A stretch of 64,000 nt of DNA from Escherichia coli. Lineage in GTDB: Bacteria > Pseudomonadota > Gammaproteobacteria > Enterobacterales > Enterobacteriaceae. The DNA lies in NCBI RefSeq assembly GCF_017348835.2, contig NZ_CP071375.1; one strand, given 5' to 3'. Of this stretch, positions 32,781-44,584 are shown in pieces. Below the pieces are notes generated by a model. It was given only the letters and a program-made list of their open reading frames with translations. It was not told where the DNA came from and did no database searches. How positions within the stretch are numbered: the stretch's first letter is position 1; each line of letters opens with the position of its first letter. The position numbers and the translations under genes are program-made.

Positions 32781-33027
32781 GAGTCGCCGCCTGTGAAAAA
32801 CTTTCGTGTATCGTGACAATTTTTCGTCAGAGTAAATAACAAAATTCGGCAAGCGCGTTTAAAAGGTGAGGTAGATCACTAAGAATGGAGAGATATTCGC
32901 TGTGGTGCATAAACTTTCATATACAACGCATGAATATAAATAAAATAATATCGAGATATTATATAGACTGCTTTTTTTATTATTCGCAAACTCAGTAATA
33001 AGCTTTACTAATATATTGCAGCCAAAC
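32781..33027 (-). promoter_or_regulatory. eut operon upstream control region (main eut promoter expected here)
   Basis: AT-rich 250-bp non-coding region upstream of eutS; exact promoter and EutR site not resolved. Confidence 0.3.
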
Positions 33028-33055
33028 CGCTTACCCTGAATATTCAGGGTAAGCG
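33028..33055. repeat. Perfect 28-bp palindrome cgcttaccctgaat/attcagggtaagcg just downstream of maeB
   Basis: Read directly from sequence; 18 bp after the maeB stop. Confidence 0.6.
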
Positions 33056-33072
33056 TGAGAGTTAAAAAAGAA

Positions 33073-35352
33073 TTACAGCGGTTGGGTTTGCGCTTCAACC
33101 ACGGCCAGCGCCACCATGTTGACGATACGACGCACCGATGCGATCGGCGTTAACACATGAACCGGTTTCGCCACGCCCATCAGCACCGGACCGACAGTCA
33201 CACCTTCCGAGCTGGAAACGCGCAGTAAGTTGTAACTAATGCGGGCAGCTTCCATGTTCGGCATCACCAGAATATTGGCAGAACCTTTCAAAGGGCTGTC
33301 CGGCATACGGTCGTTGCGAATCGCTTCCACCAGCGCTGCATCGCCGTGCATTTCACCATCAATCATCAGTTCTGGTGCACGTTCCCTGACCAGTTCCAGC
33401 GCCTGACGCATTTTGCTCGACGACGGGCAGTCAGAAGAACCAAAGTTGGAGTGCGACAACAAAGCAACGCGCGGCTCAATACCAAAACGACGGACAGTTT
33501 CTGCCGCCATCAAGGTGATCTCCGCCAGCTCTTCTGCGTCTGGTTCGTCATTGACGTAGGTATCGGCAATAAAGGTGTTACCACTCGGCAGCAGCAGCGC
33601 GTTCATTGCACCTGCGGTGTGAACGCCATCGTGATAACCAAAGACATTTTTCACCACGCTAAAATGTTCATGATAATCACCCACCGTACCGCAAATCATT
33701 GCATCGGCTTCGCCACGCTGAACCATGATCGCGCCGATCACTGTCGGGTTACTGATCAGCGCCCGCTGCGCCTGTTCCTGAGTGACGCCGCGACGCTTCA
33801 TGATCTGGAAGTATTCGGTCCAGTACTCTTTAAAGCGCGGATCGGATTCGTTATTGACGATCTCAAAATCAACGCCCGCTTTGATCTGCAAGCCCAGTTT
33901 CTGAATGCGCATTTCGATCACGTTCGGACGACCGATAAGGATCGGTTTCGCCAGTCCCAGCGTTACCAGTTCCTGAGTGGCATGCAGAACGCGCGCCTCT
34001 TCCCCTTCCGGCAGAACTACGCGCTTCGGCGCTTTGCGAGCCTGGGAGAAAATCGGCTTCATAAACAGGTTGGTTTTGTAAACGAACTCAGTCAGCTTGT
34101 CGATGTAGACGTCGAAATCAGCAATCGGACGCGTCGCCACGCCCGACTCCATCGCCGCTTTCGCGACCGCAGGAGCGATCTTAACGATCAAGCGCGGATC
34201 AAACGGTTTTGGAATGATGTATTCCGGACCAAAGCTCAGATCCTGATCGCCATACGCTGAAGCCACCACTTCGCTCTGTTCCGCATGGGCCAGTTCTGCA
34301 ATCGCGCGTACCGCCGCCAGTTTCATCTCTTCGTTGATGGCGGTTGCGCCAACGTCCAGCGCGCCACGGAAGATAAACGGGAAGCACAGGACGTTGTTCA
34401 CCTGGTTCGGGTAGTCGGAACGGCCGGTACAGATGATGGCATCCGGACGCACTTCTTTCGCCAGCGGCGGCAGAATTTCCGGTTCCGGGTTCGCCAGCGC
34501 CAGGATCATTGGTGCCCGAGCCATTTTCTTCACCATTTCCTGGGTCAGCACTTTCGGGCCGGAACAGCCGAGGAAAATATCCGCACCTTCAATCACATCA
34601 TCGAGGGTACGTTTGCCGTCATCCACCACCGCATATGCGGCTTTGGTTTCCGCCATGTTTGGCTCACGGCCCTGATAGATAACGCCTTTTGAATCGCAAA
34701 CCACGATGTTATGTTTTTGCAGACCCAACGCTACCAGCAGGTTCATACAGGCGATTGCTGCAGCACCCGCGCCGGAAACCACCATACGCACGTCAGAGAT
34801 GTTTTTCTCCACCACGCGCAAGCCGTTGAGGATGGCGGCAGTGCTGATGATTGCCGTGCCGTGCTGATCGTCGTGGAATACCGGAATATTCATCCGCTCG
34901 CGCAGTTTCTGTTCAATATAGAAACATTCTGGCGCTTTAATGTCTTCGAGGTTGATTCCGCCGAAGGTCGGTTCGAGCGCAGCGACGACTTCAATAAATT
35001 TGTCCGGGTCGAGTTCATCAACTTCAATGTCAAATACATCAATTCCGGCGAATTTCTTAAACAGAACGCCCTTGCCTTCCATCACCGGTTTGCCCGCCAG
35101 CGCGCCAATGTTGCCTAACCCCAGCACCGCCGTACCGTTAGAGATCACCGCCACCAGGTTACCGCGCGCGGTATATTTGTAGGCTTTTAACGGGTCTTTT
35201 TCGATTTCAAGACAAGGTGCGGCAACGCCTGGTGAGTAGGCCAGCGCCAGATCGCGCTGCGTTGCCAGAGGCTTGGTTGGAGAAACCTGGATTTTCCCTG
35301 GAACTGGAAATTCATGGAAATCAAGTGCACTTTGTTTTAACTGGTCATCCAT
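33073..35352 (-). CDS. maeB: NADP-dependent malic enzyme
   Basis: 759-aa ORF. Confidence 0.94.
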   Translation of the reverse strand: MDDQLKQSALDFHEFPVPGKIQVSPTKPLATQRDLALAYSPGVAAPCLEIEKDPLKAYKYTARGNLVAVISNGTAVLGLGNIGALAGKPVMEGKGVLFKKFAGIDVFDIEVDELDPDKFIEVVAALEPTFGGINLEDIKAPECFYIEQKLRERMNIPVFHDDQHGTAIISTAAILNGLRVVEKNISDVRMVVSGAGAAAIACMNLLVALGLQKHNIVVCDSKGVIYQGREPNMAETKAAYAVVDDGKRTLDDVIEGADIFLGCSGPKVLTQEMVKKMARAPMILALANPEPEILPPLAKEVRPDAIICTGRSDYPNQVNNVLCFPFIFRGALDVGATAINEEMKLAAVRAIAELAHAEQSEVVASAYGDQDLSFGPEYIIPKPFDPRLIVKIAPAVAKAAMESGVATRPIADFDVYIDKLTEFVYKTNLFMKPIFSQARKAPKRVVLPEGEEARVLHATQELVTLGLAKPILIGRPNVIEMRIQKLGLQIKAGVDFEIVNNESDPRFKEYWTEYFQIMKRRGVTQEQAQRALISNPTVIGAIMVQRGEADAMICGTVGDYHEHFSVVKNVFGYHDGVHTAGAMNALLLPSGNTFIADTYVNDEPDAEELAEITLMAAETVRRFGIEPRVALLSHSNFGSSDCPSSSKMRQALELVRERAPELMIDGEMHGDAALVEAIRNDRMPDSPLKGSANILVMPNMEAARISYNLLRVSSSEGVTVGPVLMGVAKPVHVLTPIASVRRIVNMVALAVVEAQTQPL

Positions 35353-35640
35353 TTGGTTGTTCCTTTCACGTAACGTTCACAAATAAAGTGTGTGGGCAAC
35401 AGCCCCTGCCCACAACGTGGCGCACATTATTACCCTGCCGGAGTCTACAGACTTTGAGCAAGTCCAAACTCTCACCATTAATATAATGTTTTGGTAATAA
35501 TCCTATAACACTGATGTTACCTGCTTAATCCAGCAATACCATGCCTGTCTGCTATGCTTTTTTGATGCGTTTAGCGAAATTTCTCAGAAGTGTGAATTAA
35601 CGCACTCATCTAACACTTTACTTTTCAAGGAGTATTTCCT

Positions 35641-36591
35641 ATGAACGAGTTAGACGGCATCAAACAGTTCACCACTGTCGTGGCAGACAGCGGCGATATT
35701 GAGTCCATTCGCCATTATCATCCCCAGGATGCCACCACCAATCCTTCGCTGTTGCTCAAGGCTGCCGGATTATCACAATATGAGCATTTAATAGACGATG
35801 CTATCGCCTGGGGTAAAAAAAATGGCAAGACCCAGGAACAACAGGTGGTCGCAGCGTGTGACAAACTGGCGGTCAATTTCGGTGCTGAAATCCTCAAAAT
35901 CGTACCCGGTCGCGTGTCAACAGAAGTTGATGCACGCCTCTCTTTTGATAAAGAAAAGAGTATTGAGAAGGCGCGCCATCTGGTGGACTTGTATCAGCAA
36001 CAAGGCGTTGAGAAATCACGCATTCTGATCAAACTGGCTTCGACCTGGGAAGGAATTCGCGCGGCAGAAGAGCTGGAAAAAGAAGGTATTAACTGCAACC
36101 TGACGCTGCTGTTTTCTTTTGCACAGGCGCGGGCCTGTGCAGAAGCGGGCGTTTTTCTGATTTCGCCGTTTGTCGGGCGTATTTATGACTGGTATCAGGC
36201 ACGCAAGCCGATGGACCCGTATGTGGTGGAAGAAGATCCAGGCGTTAAATCAGTACGCAATATCTACGACTACTATAAGCAACACCACTATGAAACCATT
36301 GTGATGGGCGCGAGCTTCCGTCGCACCGAACAAATCCTCGCCTTAACCGGCTGCGATCGACTGACTATCGCACCGAATTTGCTGAAGGAGCTGCAGGAAA
36401 AAGTTTCGCCAGTGGTACGTAAATTAATCCCACCTTCTCAGACGTTCCCACGCCCAGCTCCCATGAGCGAAGCGGAGTTCCGTTGGGAGCACAATCAGGA
36501 TGCGATGGCGGTAGAAAAACTGTCTGAAGGCATTCGTCTATTCGCCGTTGATCAACGCAAACTGGAAGATCTTCTTGCCGCCAAACTATAA
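35641..36591 (+). CDS. talA: Transaldolase A
   Basis: 316-aa ORF. Confidence 0.93.
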   Translation: MNELDGIKQFTTVVADSGDIESIRHYHPQDATTNPSLLLKAAGLSQYEHLIDDAIAWGKKNGKTQEQQVVAACDKLAVNFGAEILKIVPGRVSTEVDARLSFDKEKSIEKARHLVDLYQQQGVEKSRILIKLASTWEGIRAAEELEKEGINCNLTLLFSFAQARACAEAGVFLISPFVGRIYDWYQARKPMDPYVVEEDPGVKSVRNIYDYYKQHHYETIVMGASFRRTEQILALTGCDRLTIAPNLLKELQEKVSPVVRKLIPPSQTFPRPAPMSEAEFRWEHNQDAMAVEKLSEGIRLFAVDQRKLEDLLAAKL

Positions 36592-36610
36592 ACCAGCCAC
36601 GGAGTGTTAT

Positions 36611-38614
36611 ATGTCCCGAAAAGACCTTGCCAATGCGATTCGCGCACTCAGTATGGATGCGGTACAAAAAGCCAATTCTGGTCATCCCGGCGCGCCGATG
36701 GGCATGGCTGATATTGCCGAAGTGCTGTGGAACGATTTTCTTAAACATAACCCTACCGACCCAACCTGGTATGATCGCGACCGCTTTATTCTTTCCAACG
36801 GTCACGCGTCGATGCTGCTCTACAGTTTGCTGCATCTGACCGGTTACGACCTGCCGCTGGAAGAGCTGAAGAACTTTCGTCAACTGCATTCGAAAACCCC
36901 TGGCCACCCGGAAATCGGCTATACGCCCGGAGTTGAAACCACCACCGGTCCTCTTGGACAAGGTTTGGCGAACGCCGTCGGGCTGGCGATAGCGGAACGT
37001 ACGCTGGCTGCACAGTTTAACCAGCCAGACCATGAGATCGTCGATCACTTCACCTATGTGTTTATGGGCGACGGCTGCCTGATGGAAGGTATTTCCCACG
37101 AAGTCTGTTCGCTGGCGGGCACGCTGGGACTGGGCAAGCTGATTGGTTTTTACGATCACAACGGTATTTCGATTGATGGAGAAACCGAAGGCTGGTTTAC
37201 CGACGATACGGCAAAACGTTTTGAAGCCTATCACTGGCATGTGATCCATGAAATCGACGGTCACGATCCGCAGGCGGTGAAGGAAGCGATCCTTGAAGCG
37301 CAAAGCGTGAAAGATAAGCCGTCGCTGATTATCTGTCGTACGGTGATTGGCTTTGGATCGCCGAATAAAGCAGGTAAGGAAGAGGCGCACGGCGCACCGC
37401 TGGGGGAAGAAGAAGTGGCGCTGGCACGGCAAAAACTGGGCTGGCACCATCCGCCATTTGAGATCCCTAAAGATATTTATCACGCCTGGGATGCCCGCGA
37501 AAAAGGCGAAAAAGCGCAGCAGAGCTGGAATGAGAAGTTTGCCGCCTATAAAAAGGCTCATCCGCAACTGGCAGAAGAGTTTACCCGTCGGATGAGCGGT
37601 GGTTTACCGAAGGACTGGGAGAAAACGACTCAGAAATATATCAATGAGTTACAGGCAAATCCGGCGAAAATCGCTACCCGTAAGGCTTCGCAAAATACGC
37701 TTAACGCTTACGGGCCGATGCTACCGGAGCTGCTCGGCGGTTCGGCGGATCTGGCTCCCAGCAACCTGACCATCTGGAAAGGTTCTGTTTCGCTGAAGGA
37801 AGATCCGGCGGGCAACTACATTCACTACGGGGTGCGTGAATTTGGCATGACCGCTATCGCCAACGGCATTGCGCACCACGGCGGCTTTGTGCCGTATACC
37901 GCAACGTTCCTGATGTTTGTTGAATACGCCCGTAACGCCGCGCGGATGGCGGCACTGATGAAAGCGCGGCAGATTATGGTTTATACCCACGACTCAATTG
38001 GTCTGGGCGAAGATGGTCCGACGCACCAGGCTGTTGAGCAACTGGCCAGTCTGCGCTTAACGCCAAATTTCAGCACCTGGCGACCGTGCGATCAGGTGGA
38101 AGCAGCGGTGGGCTGGAAGCTGGCGGTTGAGCGCCACAACGGACCGACGGCACTGATCCTCTCCAGGCAGAATCTGGCCCAGGTGGAACGTACGCCGGAT
38201 CAGGTTAAAGAGATTGCTCGTGGCGGTTATGTGCTGAAAGACAGCGGCGGTAAGCCAGATATTATTTTGATTGCTACCGGTTCAGAGATGGAAATCACCC
38301 TGCAAGCTGCGGAGAAATTAGCAGGAGAAGGTCGCAATGTTCGCGTGGTTTCCCTGCCCTCGACCGATATTTTCGACGCCCAGGATGAGGAATATCGGGA
38401 GTCGGTGTTGCCTTCTAACGTTGCGGCTCGCGTGGCGGTGGAAGCAGGTATTGCCGATTACTGGTACAAGTATGTTGGTCTGAAAGGGGCAATTGTCGGG
38501 ATGACGGGTTATGGGGAATCTGCTCCGGCGGATAAGCTGTTCCCGTTCTTTGGCTTTACCGCCGAGAATATTGTGGCAAAAGCGCATAAGGTGCTGGGAG
38601 TGAAAGGTGCCTGA
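36611..38614 (+). CDS. tktB: Transketolase 2
   Basis: ORF trimmed to ATG 36611 ([13 protein letters not shown]...); 667 aa. Confidence 0.93.
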   Translation: MSRKDLANAIRALSMDAVQKANSGHPGAPMGMADIAEVLWNDFLKHNPTDPTWYDRDRFILSNGHASMLLYSLLHLTGYDLPLEELKNFRQLHSKTPGHPEIGYTPGVETTTGPLGQGLANAVGLAIAERTLAAQFNQPDHEIVDHFTYVFMGDGCLMEGISHEVCSLAGTLGLGKLIGFYDHNGISIDGETEGWFTDDTAKRFEAYHWHVIHEIDGHDPQAVKEAILEAQSVKDKPSLIICRTVIGFGSPNKAGKEEAHGAPLGEEEVALARQKLGWHHPPFEIPKDIYHAWDAREKGEKAQQSWNEKFAAYKKAHPQLAEEFTRRMSGGLPKDWEKTTQKYINELQANPAKIATRKASQNTLNAYGPMLPELLGGSADLAPSNLTIWKGSVSLKEDPAGNYIHYGVREFGMTAIANGIAHHGGFVPYTATFLMFVEYARNAARMAALMKARQIMVYTHDSIGLGEDGPTHQAVEQLASLRLTPNFSTWRPCDQVEAAVGWKLAVERHNGPTALILSRQNLAQVERTPDQVKEIARGGYVLKDSGGKPDIILIATGSEMEITLQAAEKLAGEGRNVRVVSLPSTDIFDAQDEEYRESVLPSNVAARVAVEAGIADYWYKYVGLKGAIVGMTGYGESAPADKLFPFFGFTAENIVAKAHKVLGVKGA

Positions 38615-38620
38615 TGGTGA

Positions 38621-38710
38621 TCGCCGGACGCTGATCGCCGGATGCTGATTGCCGGATGCGACGCTGACGCGTCTTATCCGGCCTACAGCGTCTTATCCGG
38701 TCTACATGTC
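38621..38710. repeat. REP/BIME cluster downstream of tktB
   Basis: Repeated gccggatgc...cgtcttatccggcctaca units. Confidence 0.6.
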
Positions 38711-38723
38711 CCCGCTATTTTGT

Positions 38724-39767
38724 TTAACGGGTGATCCACAACGTGGGCCAGGCGTCTGGCCCATGCCAGTTATCGCAGGTGGGTTCTGCGGCGTAACGCA
38801 CCAGGCGAAAACGCTGACCGTCAAAGCGCCAGCGCGCCTGAATGCCACAATCGCTTAATCCGCGCCCTTTCGCTAAGGTCACCAGCTCACGCGATTTCTC
38901 ATCAAATGTTGCGTTCATCAGTTCCAGTTCATTTGTCTCCTGCCCGTTGTTGAACGGCAAACGCAACCGAACCGGACGCGAGGCTAGTGGCTTTTTACGC
39001 GACACAATCCATGCCAAATCAATGGTGTTATAGGCCCCTGCCTCACAGCTAATCATCATCAGCGCTTTATCATCAGTCAGCGCAGTGACATTCACCTCAC
39101 GACGCAATGGATCAAGCGAGCAGCGCAGACCATTCATCCGCCAGTTTCCATAATCCAGCAAATCGTTGCGTTCTTCGAGTGAGAGTGGCGTCGGCGTTGG
39201 GTTAACCACCACGACCTCTTTCAGCGCAGGCGCGGGCGGTACGCTGAGCGGCGGTTCGTCCCCTTTCTTGATCCACGCGTTTTCACTGCCAACGCGCTTT
39301 TGCTGAGCATCAATAAACAACAACGCCGCTTTTAAGCCACTCAGAGAAATGGTCTGATTGCCGTCGCGTAAGGTGATCGCCTTCCCTTCCTGAATCATCT
39401 GCAAAAACGCGGTGATGGTTGCCGTATCATCGGTTACTAATAACCATGGTGAAATCCGCCACTTGTCACCACTTAACGCCAACGGCTCGCCATCTAACAG
39501 CAGCCGTGGCGCAATTTCCCCTTCAGACGCATCCGGCGACTTCAACCCGCCGCGCTCAATACGTAAAACGGCATCGGTATGCGCCCCGGCGCTGCGGCTC
39601 AGGGTCATCACCAGTCCATTATGATCGCCCGTATTACGCGCCACGCAGAAGTTTTGGTTATTACAGGTGACCTGCCAGTCGGAAAACGCCCGTTGCGCTG
39701 GTGCCGCCCACACCAAAGACGTCGGCAACAAAGCGAAAAAAAAGAGAAGGAAAATGCGATAGCGCAT
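38724..39767 (-). CDS. ypfG: Periplasmic protein YpfG
   Basis: 347-aa ORF with signal peptide. Confidence 0.85.
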   Translation of the reverse strand: MRYRIFLLFFFALLPTSLVWAAPAQRAFSDWQVTCNNQNFCVARNTGDHNGLVMTLSRSAGAHTDAVLRIERGGLKSPDASEGEIAPRLLLDGEPLALSGDKWRISPWLLVTDDTATITAFLQMIQEGKAITLRDGNQTISLSGLKAALLFIDAQQKRVGSENAWIKKGDEPPLSVPPAPALKEVVVVNPTPTPLSLEERNDLLDYGNWRMNGLRCSLDPLRREVNVTALTDDKALMMISCEAGAYNTIDLAWIVSRKKPLASRPVRLRLPFNNGQETNELELMNATFDEKSRELVTLAKGRGLSDCGIQARWRFDGQRFRLVRYAAEPTCDNWHGPDAWPTLWITR

Positions 39768-39892
39768 GGACGGTACGACCCCAGAAGTTCAAACAAACAG
39801 CACAAGTCGTATCTTCGTTGCGCAGGTAGCGCGGCTCAATCGGATTTGTCGGATTGAGCCAACAATAAACAACGAAATATTATTGTTATTTT

Positions 39893-40468
39893 TCAGTCCA
39901 TTAAATGTGACGTTTGCAAATAGTTAAGCAATAACACCGTCTTACCGTCACGTATCTCGCCGGTTTTGATCATCTCCAGCGCCTGGCTGAACGGCAGCTC
40001 GAGCACTTCAATATCTTCATCTTCGACACCGCCACCGGCGTTAGCGCGCTGATTGTCACTGTATTCGGCGATAAAAAAGTGGATTAGCTCAGTCACACCG
40101 CCTGGCGACATATACAGTTCAAATAATTTGCGCACTTCACCCACTTCATAGCCCGTCTCTTCAATCGCTTCTTTGCGAATGCACACTTCCGGTTCGTCGT
40201 TATCCAGCAGCCCGGCGCAGGTTTCAATCAGCTGCCCGCTTTCATTGCCATTAACCCAGGTAGCGACACGGAACTGACGAATCAGAACCACGGTCTTTTT
40301 CTTCGCGTTGTACAGGAGGATCGTCGCACCATTACCGCGATCGTAAACTTCACGTTTATGGCGGATAACTTCGCCATCTTTGCGCGTGAGATCGTAAGTA
40401 ATGTTGTGCAGGGTGAAATAGTTATCGGAGAGAATTTTGTCTTTAATGAGGGTGATTTGTTGCGTCAT
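39893..40468 (-). CDS. nudK: GDP-mannose pyrophosphatase (Nudix)
   Basis: ORF trimmed to ATG 40466-40468 ([10 protein letters not shown]...); Nudix box present. Confidence 0.9.
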   Translation of the reverse strand: MTQQITLIKDKILSDNYFTLHNITYDLTRKDGEVIRHKREVYDRGNGATILLYNAKKKTVVLIRQFRVATWVNGNESGQLIETCAGLLDNDEPEVCIRKEAIEETGYEVGEVRKLFELYMSPGGVTELIHFFIAEYSDNQRANAGGGVEDEDIEVLELPFSQALEMIKTGEIRDGKTVLLLNYLQTSHLMD

Positions 40469-40535
40469 ACCGACTCCACAGCGCGAAATGAACAATTATC
40501 TTACGCTGTGAAGTCGGGTTTGTCTGCGCAGGCTA

Positions 40536-42515
40536 TCAGTGAGATTTGACTGATTTTACCCCCAGCCAGTCAATAATCCCCTGTGCCGCATGACGTCCTT
40601 CTGCCATTGCGGTAACCACCAGATCCGCACCACGCACGGCGTCACCACCAGCGAAGATTTTCGGATTGGTGGTCTGGTAACGGTACTGGCTTTCCACATC
40701 CGCGATGATGCGGCCCCATTTGTCTACCGTTACACCGTGCGACTCCAGCCACGGCATCCCATGCGGATTGAAGCCAAACGCCATAATCACCGCGTCGGCT
40801 GGCATGACAAATTCACTGCCTTCCACCGGTACTGGACGCCGACGCCCCTGGGCATCCGGCTCGCCAAGACGCGTGCGCAGGAAACGAATCCCGCAGACGT
40901 GACCTTGTTCATTCAGCTCAAGCGCCACCGGCTGGACGTTAAATTCGAAGTTGGCCCCCTCTTCGCGGGCGTTCTTCACCTCTTTCTTCGAGCCTGGCAT
41001 GTTAGCTTCATCACGACGATAAGCGCAGGTGACGTTACTCGCGCCGTGGCGCAGCGCAGTACGCACACAGTCCATCGCGGTGTCGCCGCCGCCCAGTACC
41101 ACGACGTTGAGTCCGGCGGTATTGATAAACGGCTCTTCCGGTAGCTCTTCGAGCCCCATCACCTGTTTAGTGTTGGCGATGAGGAACGGCAGCGCGTCAT
41201 AAACGCCCGGCGCATCTTCATTGGGTAAACCCGCTTTCATGGAACGGTAAGTGCCTACGCCAACGAAGACCGCGTCGTATTGTTCCAAAAGCGAATCCAA
41301 AGAGACATCTTTACCCACTTCACAATTGAGTTCGAAGTGAATCCCCATCGCGCTGAAGATTTCCCGACGACGTGCCAGCAGGGATTTATCCAGTTTGAAA
41401 GAAGGAATGCCGAAAGTGAGCAAGCCACCGATTTCTGGATGGCGATCGTACACCGTCACCGCCACGCCATTGCGGGTCAGAACATCCGCACAGGCCAGCC
41501 CTGCCGGACCTGCACCGATAATCGCCACCCGCTTGTCCACTTTGGTGACATGGCTTAAGTCAGGACGCCAACCTTTCGCCAACGCCTGATCTGAAATGTA
41601 GCGTTCAATGTTGCCGATAGTTACCGCACCGTGCTCATCGCGAATAGTACAGGCACCTTCACACAAACGGTCTTGCGGACAAACGCGTCCGGTAATTTCC
41701 GGCAGGGTGTTGGTCAGGTGAGAAAGCTCGACGGCGGCGTCGATGTTTCCGGCTTTCACCAGTTCAATCCACTGCGGTATATGGTTATGCAGCGGGCAGG
41801 TCCATTCACAAACGCTGTGCTCGCCGCATTTAAGGCAGCGCGAGGCTTCCCGTTGTGCCTGATCGGCACGGAATGGCAGATAAATTTCATCAAAACCGGT
41901 TTTGCGCGCTTCAATCGCCAGTTTATCCGGCTCGCCACGCGCGGGCGTTGCCTGCATTTGCTCGACTTTACTCATTACCGGCATTTCTTGCGCCGCGGTA
42001 CTGGCATGCCACGGTTGATGTTCCTGACGTGCGGTACGCAAGCGACGGGATTTCGCCATGCCTGAGAGTGCGGCGTCAGTGACCAGCTGCAGCGCGTCCG
42101 CCGGGCAATTCTCGACACAGGCAGGACCGTTTTCGCGCCCTGCACAAAGGTCGCATTTATGCGCCGTGGCTTTAACTTTGCCCGCTGCGACGGGTGTCAG
42201 GACGATTTGCATCGTACCAAACGGACAGGCCACCACGCAGGATTTACAGCCAATACACTTTTGCTGATTGACCTGAATGCTGTCATCAACGTGGCTGATT
42301 GCGCCATTAGGGCAGCTACGGGCGCAGGGCGCATCTTCACAATGGTGACAGGTCACTGCACTACGTTGCTGCTGATGTTTGATAACCGTAATTCGGGGAT
42401 GAAAATGATGTTGGCTCAGGACATGTTGCTCATCATTGTGAGCCATGACACAAGCGATTTCACAAGCATGACAACCCAGACATTGCTGACTGTTGGCCAT
42501 AATAAAACGATTCAT
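40536..42515 (-). CDS. aegA: Fe-S cluster oxidoreductase AegA
   Basis: 659-aa ORF with N-terminal ferredoxin Cys clusters and C-terminal FAD/NAD domain. Confidence 0.9.
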   Translation of the reverse strand: MNRFIMANSQQCLGCHACEIACVMAHNDEQHVLSQHHFHPRITVIKHQQQRSAVTCHHCEDAPCARSCPNGAISHVDDSIQVNQQKCIGCKSCVVACPFGTMQIVLTPVAAGKVKATAHKCDLCAGRENGPACVENCPADALQLVTDAALSGMAKSRRLRTARQEHQPWHASTAAQEMPVMSKVEQMQATPARGEPDKLAIEARKTGFDEIYLPFRADQAQREASRCLKCGEHSVCEWTCPLHNHIPQWIELVKAGNIDAAVELSHLTNTLPEITGRVCPQDRLCEGACTIRDEHGAVTIGNIERYISDQALAKGWRPDLSHVTKVDKRVAIIGAGPAGLACADVLTRNGVAVTVYDRHPEIGGLLTFGIPSFKLDKSLLARRREIFSAMGIHFELNCEVGKDVSLDSLLEQYDAVFVGVGTYRSMKAGLPNEDAPGVYDALPFLIANTKQVMGLEELPEEPFINTAGLNVVVLGGGDTAMDCVRTALRHGASNVTCAYRRDEANMPGSKKEVKNAREEGANFEFNVQPVALELNEQGHVCGIRFLRTRLGEPDAQGRRRPVPVEGSEFVMPADAVIMAFGFNPHGMPWLESHGVTVDKWGRIIADVESQYRYQTTNPKIFAGGDAVRGADLVVTAMAEGRHAAQGIIDWLGVKSVKSH

Positions 42516-42720
42516 AACGACCTTCTTTTTTGGTTGTAAAAACCTTATTCTTTATATGAGTGTTGTTATTACCCGACTTACAGGGGAATCGGCAATGTTC
42601 ATGTGCCCAGAATAAGTAACTATTTCGCTATAAACTGTGGCAGATCAAATAATCCCATCACTGACTAAATTGCGTTTCAGCGAACTGGAACATTAATGAT
42701 TTTTTGTGGAGAAGACGCGT

Positions 42721-44421
42721 GTGATTGTTAAACGACCCGTCTCGGCCAGTCTGGCCCGGGCCTTTTTTTACATTGTGCTGCTGTCGATTCTTTCCACGGG
42801 TATCGCTCTGCTAACTCTGGCGAGCAGTTTGCGCGACGCTGAGGCTATCAATATTGCCGGATCGCTGCGTATGCAGAGTTACCGCCTGGGCTACGACTTG
42901 CAAAGTGGCAGTCCACAACTCAATGCACATCGCCAGTTATTTCAGCAGGCACTGCATTCACCGGTATTAACCAACCTCAACGTCTGGTATGTGCCAGAAG
43001 CAGTAAAAACTCGCTATGCGCATCTGAATGCAAACTGGCTGGAGATGAATAATCGGCTCAGCAAGGGCGATTTGCCGTGGTATCAGGCCAATATTAATAA
43101 TTATGTTAATCAGATAGACCTGTTCGTGCTGGCTTTACAGCACTACGCTGAACGCAAAATGCTGCTGGTGGTGGCGATTTCCCTGGCTGGCGGTATCGGT
43201 ATTTTCACGCTGGTCTTTTTTACTTTGCGCCGCATACGCCATCAGGTGGTTGCCCCGCTGAATCAGCTGGTTACCGCCAGTCAGCGTATTGAACACGGAC
43301 AGTTCGACTCGCCGCCGCTGGATACCAGTCTGCCGAATGAGCTTGGTCTGCTTGCAAAAACCTTTAACCAGATGTCGAGCGAGCTGCATAAATTGTACCT
43401 TTCGCTGGAGGCGTCAGTAGAAGAAAAGACCCGCGATCTCCACGAGGCCAAGCGTCGTCTGGAGGTGTTGTATCAGTGTTCGCAGGCGCTGAACACCAGC
43501 CAGATTGATGTGCATTGTTTCCGCCATATTTTGCAGATTGTTCGCGACAATGAAGCGGCTGAATATCTGGAGCTGAACGTTGGGGATAACTGGCGGATTA
43601 GCGAAGGGCAACCAAACCCGGAATTGCCGATGCAGATTTTACCGGTGACAATGCAAGAGACGGTTTACGGCGAACTGCACTGGCAAAATAGTCACGTTTC
43701 ATCATCAGAACCGCTGCTTAACAGCGTTTCGTCGATGCTGGGACGCGGTTTGTACTTTAATCAGGCGCAGAAGCATTTTCAGCAGTTATTGTTGATGGAA
43801 GAACGTGCGACCATCGCCCGCGAATTGCACGACTCGCTGGCTCAGGTGCTTTCTTACTTACGTATCCAGTTGACGTTACTTAAGCGTTCGATACCGGAAG
43901 ATAACGCCACCGCACAAAGTATCATGGCCGATTTTTCCCAGGCGTTGAATGATGCTTATCGGCAGTTACGCGAGCTGTTGACTACTTTCCGCCTGACGCT
44001 GCAGCAGGCGGATCTCCCCTCCGCGTTGAGGGAAATGCTGGATACGTTACAAAATCAAACCAGCGCCAAACTGACCCTCGACTGCCGTCTGCCAACCCTG
44101 GCACTGGATGCGCAAATGCAGGTGCATTTGTTGCAAATTATTCGCGAAGCGGTGCTGAATGCGATGAAGCACGCCAACGCCAGCGAAATCGCCGTCAGTT
44201 GCGTCACCGCGCCGGACGGCAATCACACGGTTTATATCCGTGATAACGGGATTGGTATCGGTGAACCGAAAGAGCCCGAAGGTCATTATGGACTGAATAT
44301 CATGCGCGAACGCGCGGAACGGCTGGGCGGGACGCTGACTTTTTCACAACCTTCCGGCGGCGGCACGTTAGTGAGTATTAGCTTTCGCTCCGCGGAGGGT
44401 GAGGAAAGTCAGCTGATGTAA
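42721..44421 (+). CDS. narQ: Nitrate/nitrite sensor histidine kinase
   Basis: ORF trimmed to GTG 42721 (MIVKRPVSASL...); HAMP and HisKA_3/HATPase domains. Confidence 0.9.
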   Translation: MIVKRPVSASLARAFFYIVLLSILSTGIALLTLASSLRDAEAINIAGSLRMQSYRLGYDLQSGSPQLNAHRQLFQQALHSPVLTNLNVWYVPEAVKTRYAHLNANWLEMNNRLSKGDLPWYQANINNYVNQIDLFVLALQHYAERKMLLVVAISLAGGIGIFTLVFFTLRRIRHQVVAPLNQLVTASQRIEHGQFDSPPLDTSLPNELGLLAKTFNQMSSELHKLYLSLEASVEEKTRDLHEAKRRLEVLYQCSQALNTSQIDVHCFRHILQIVRDNEAAEYLELNVGDNWRISEGQPNPELPMQILPVTMQETVYGELHWQNSHVSSSEPLLNSVSSMLGRGLYFNQAQKHFQQLLLMEERATIARELHDSLAQVLSYLRIQLTLLKRSIPEDNATAQSIMADFSQALNDAYRQLRELLTTFRLTLQQADLPSALREMLDTLQNQTSAKLTLDCRLPTLALDAQMQVHLLQIIREAVLNAMKHANASEIAVSCVTAPDGNHTVYIRDNGIGIGEPKEPEGHYGLNIMRERAERLGGTLTFSQPSGGGTLVSISFRSAEGEESQLM

Positions 44422-44584
44422 TGCCTCCTACTGACCAAAGAATACTTGCACTTAAGGTTCAGTATAAAAGGGCATGATAATTTACATTAACTCCTTTTTT
44501 TCTCCACGATTGGCTCGTACCTTGCCGCTACAGTGAAGCAAGTCAAGCCTACAACGATACGCAGAAACACGAGGTCCTCTTTTA

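Noticed and set aside
32859-33098. 79-aa minus-strand ORF in the eut upstream region
   Set aside because: Lies in AT-rich promoter DNA and overlaps the maeB stop region; no RBS; likely spurious.
36365-37567. 400-aa minus-strand ORF
   Set aside because: Antisense to the talA/tktB coding region; no RBS and Arg/Pro-rich shadow-frame composition.
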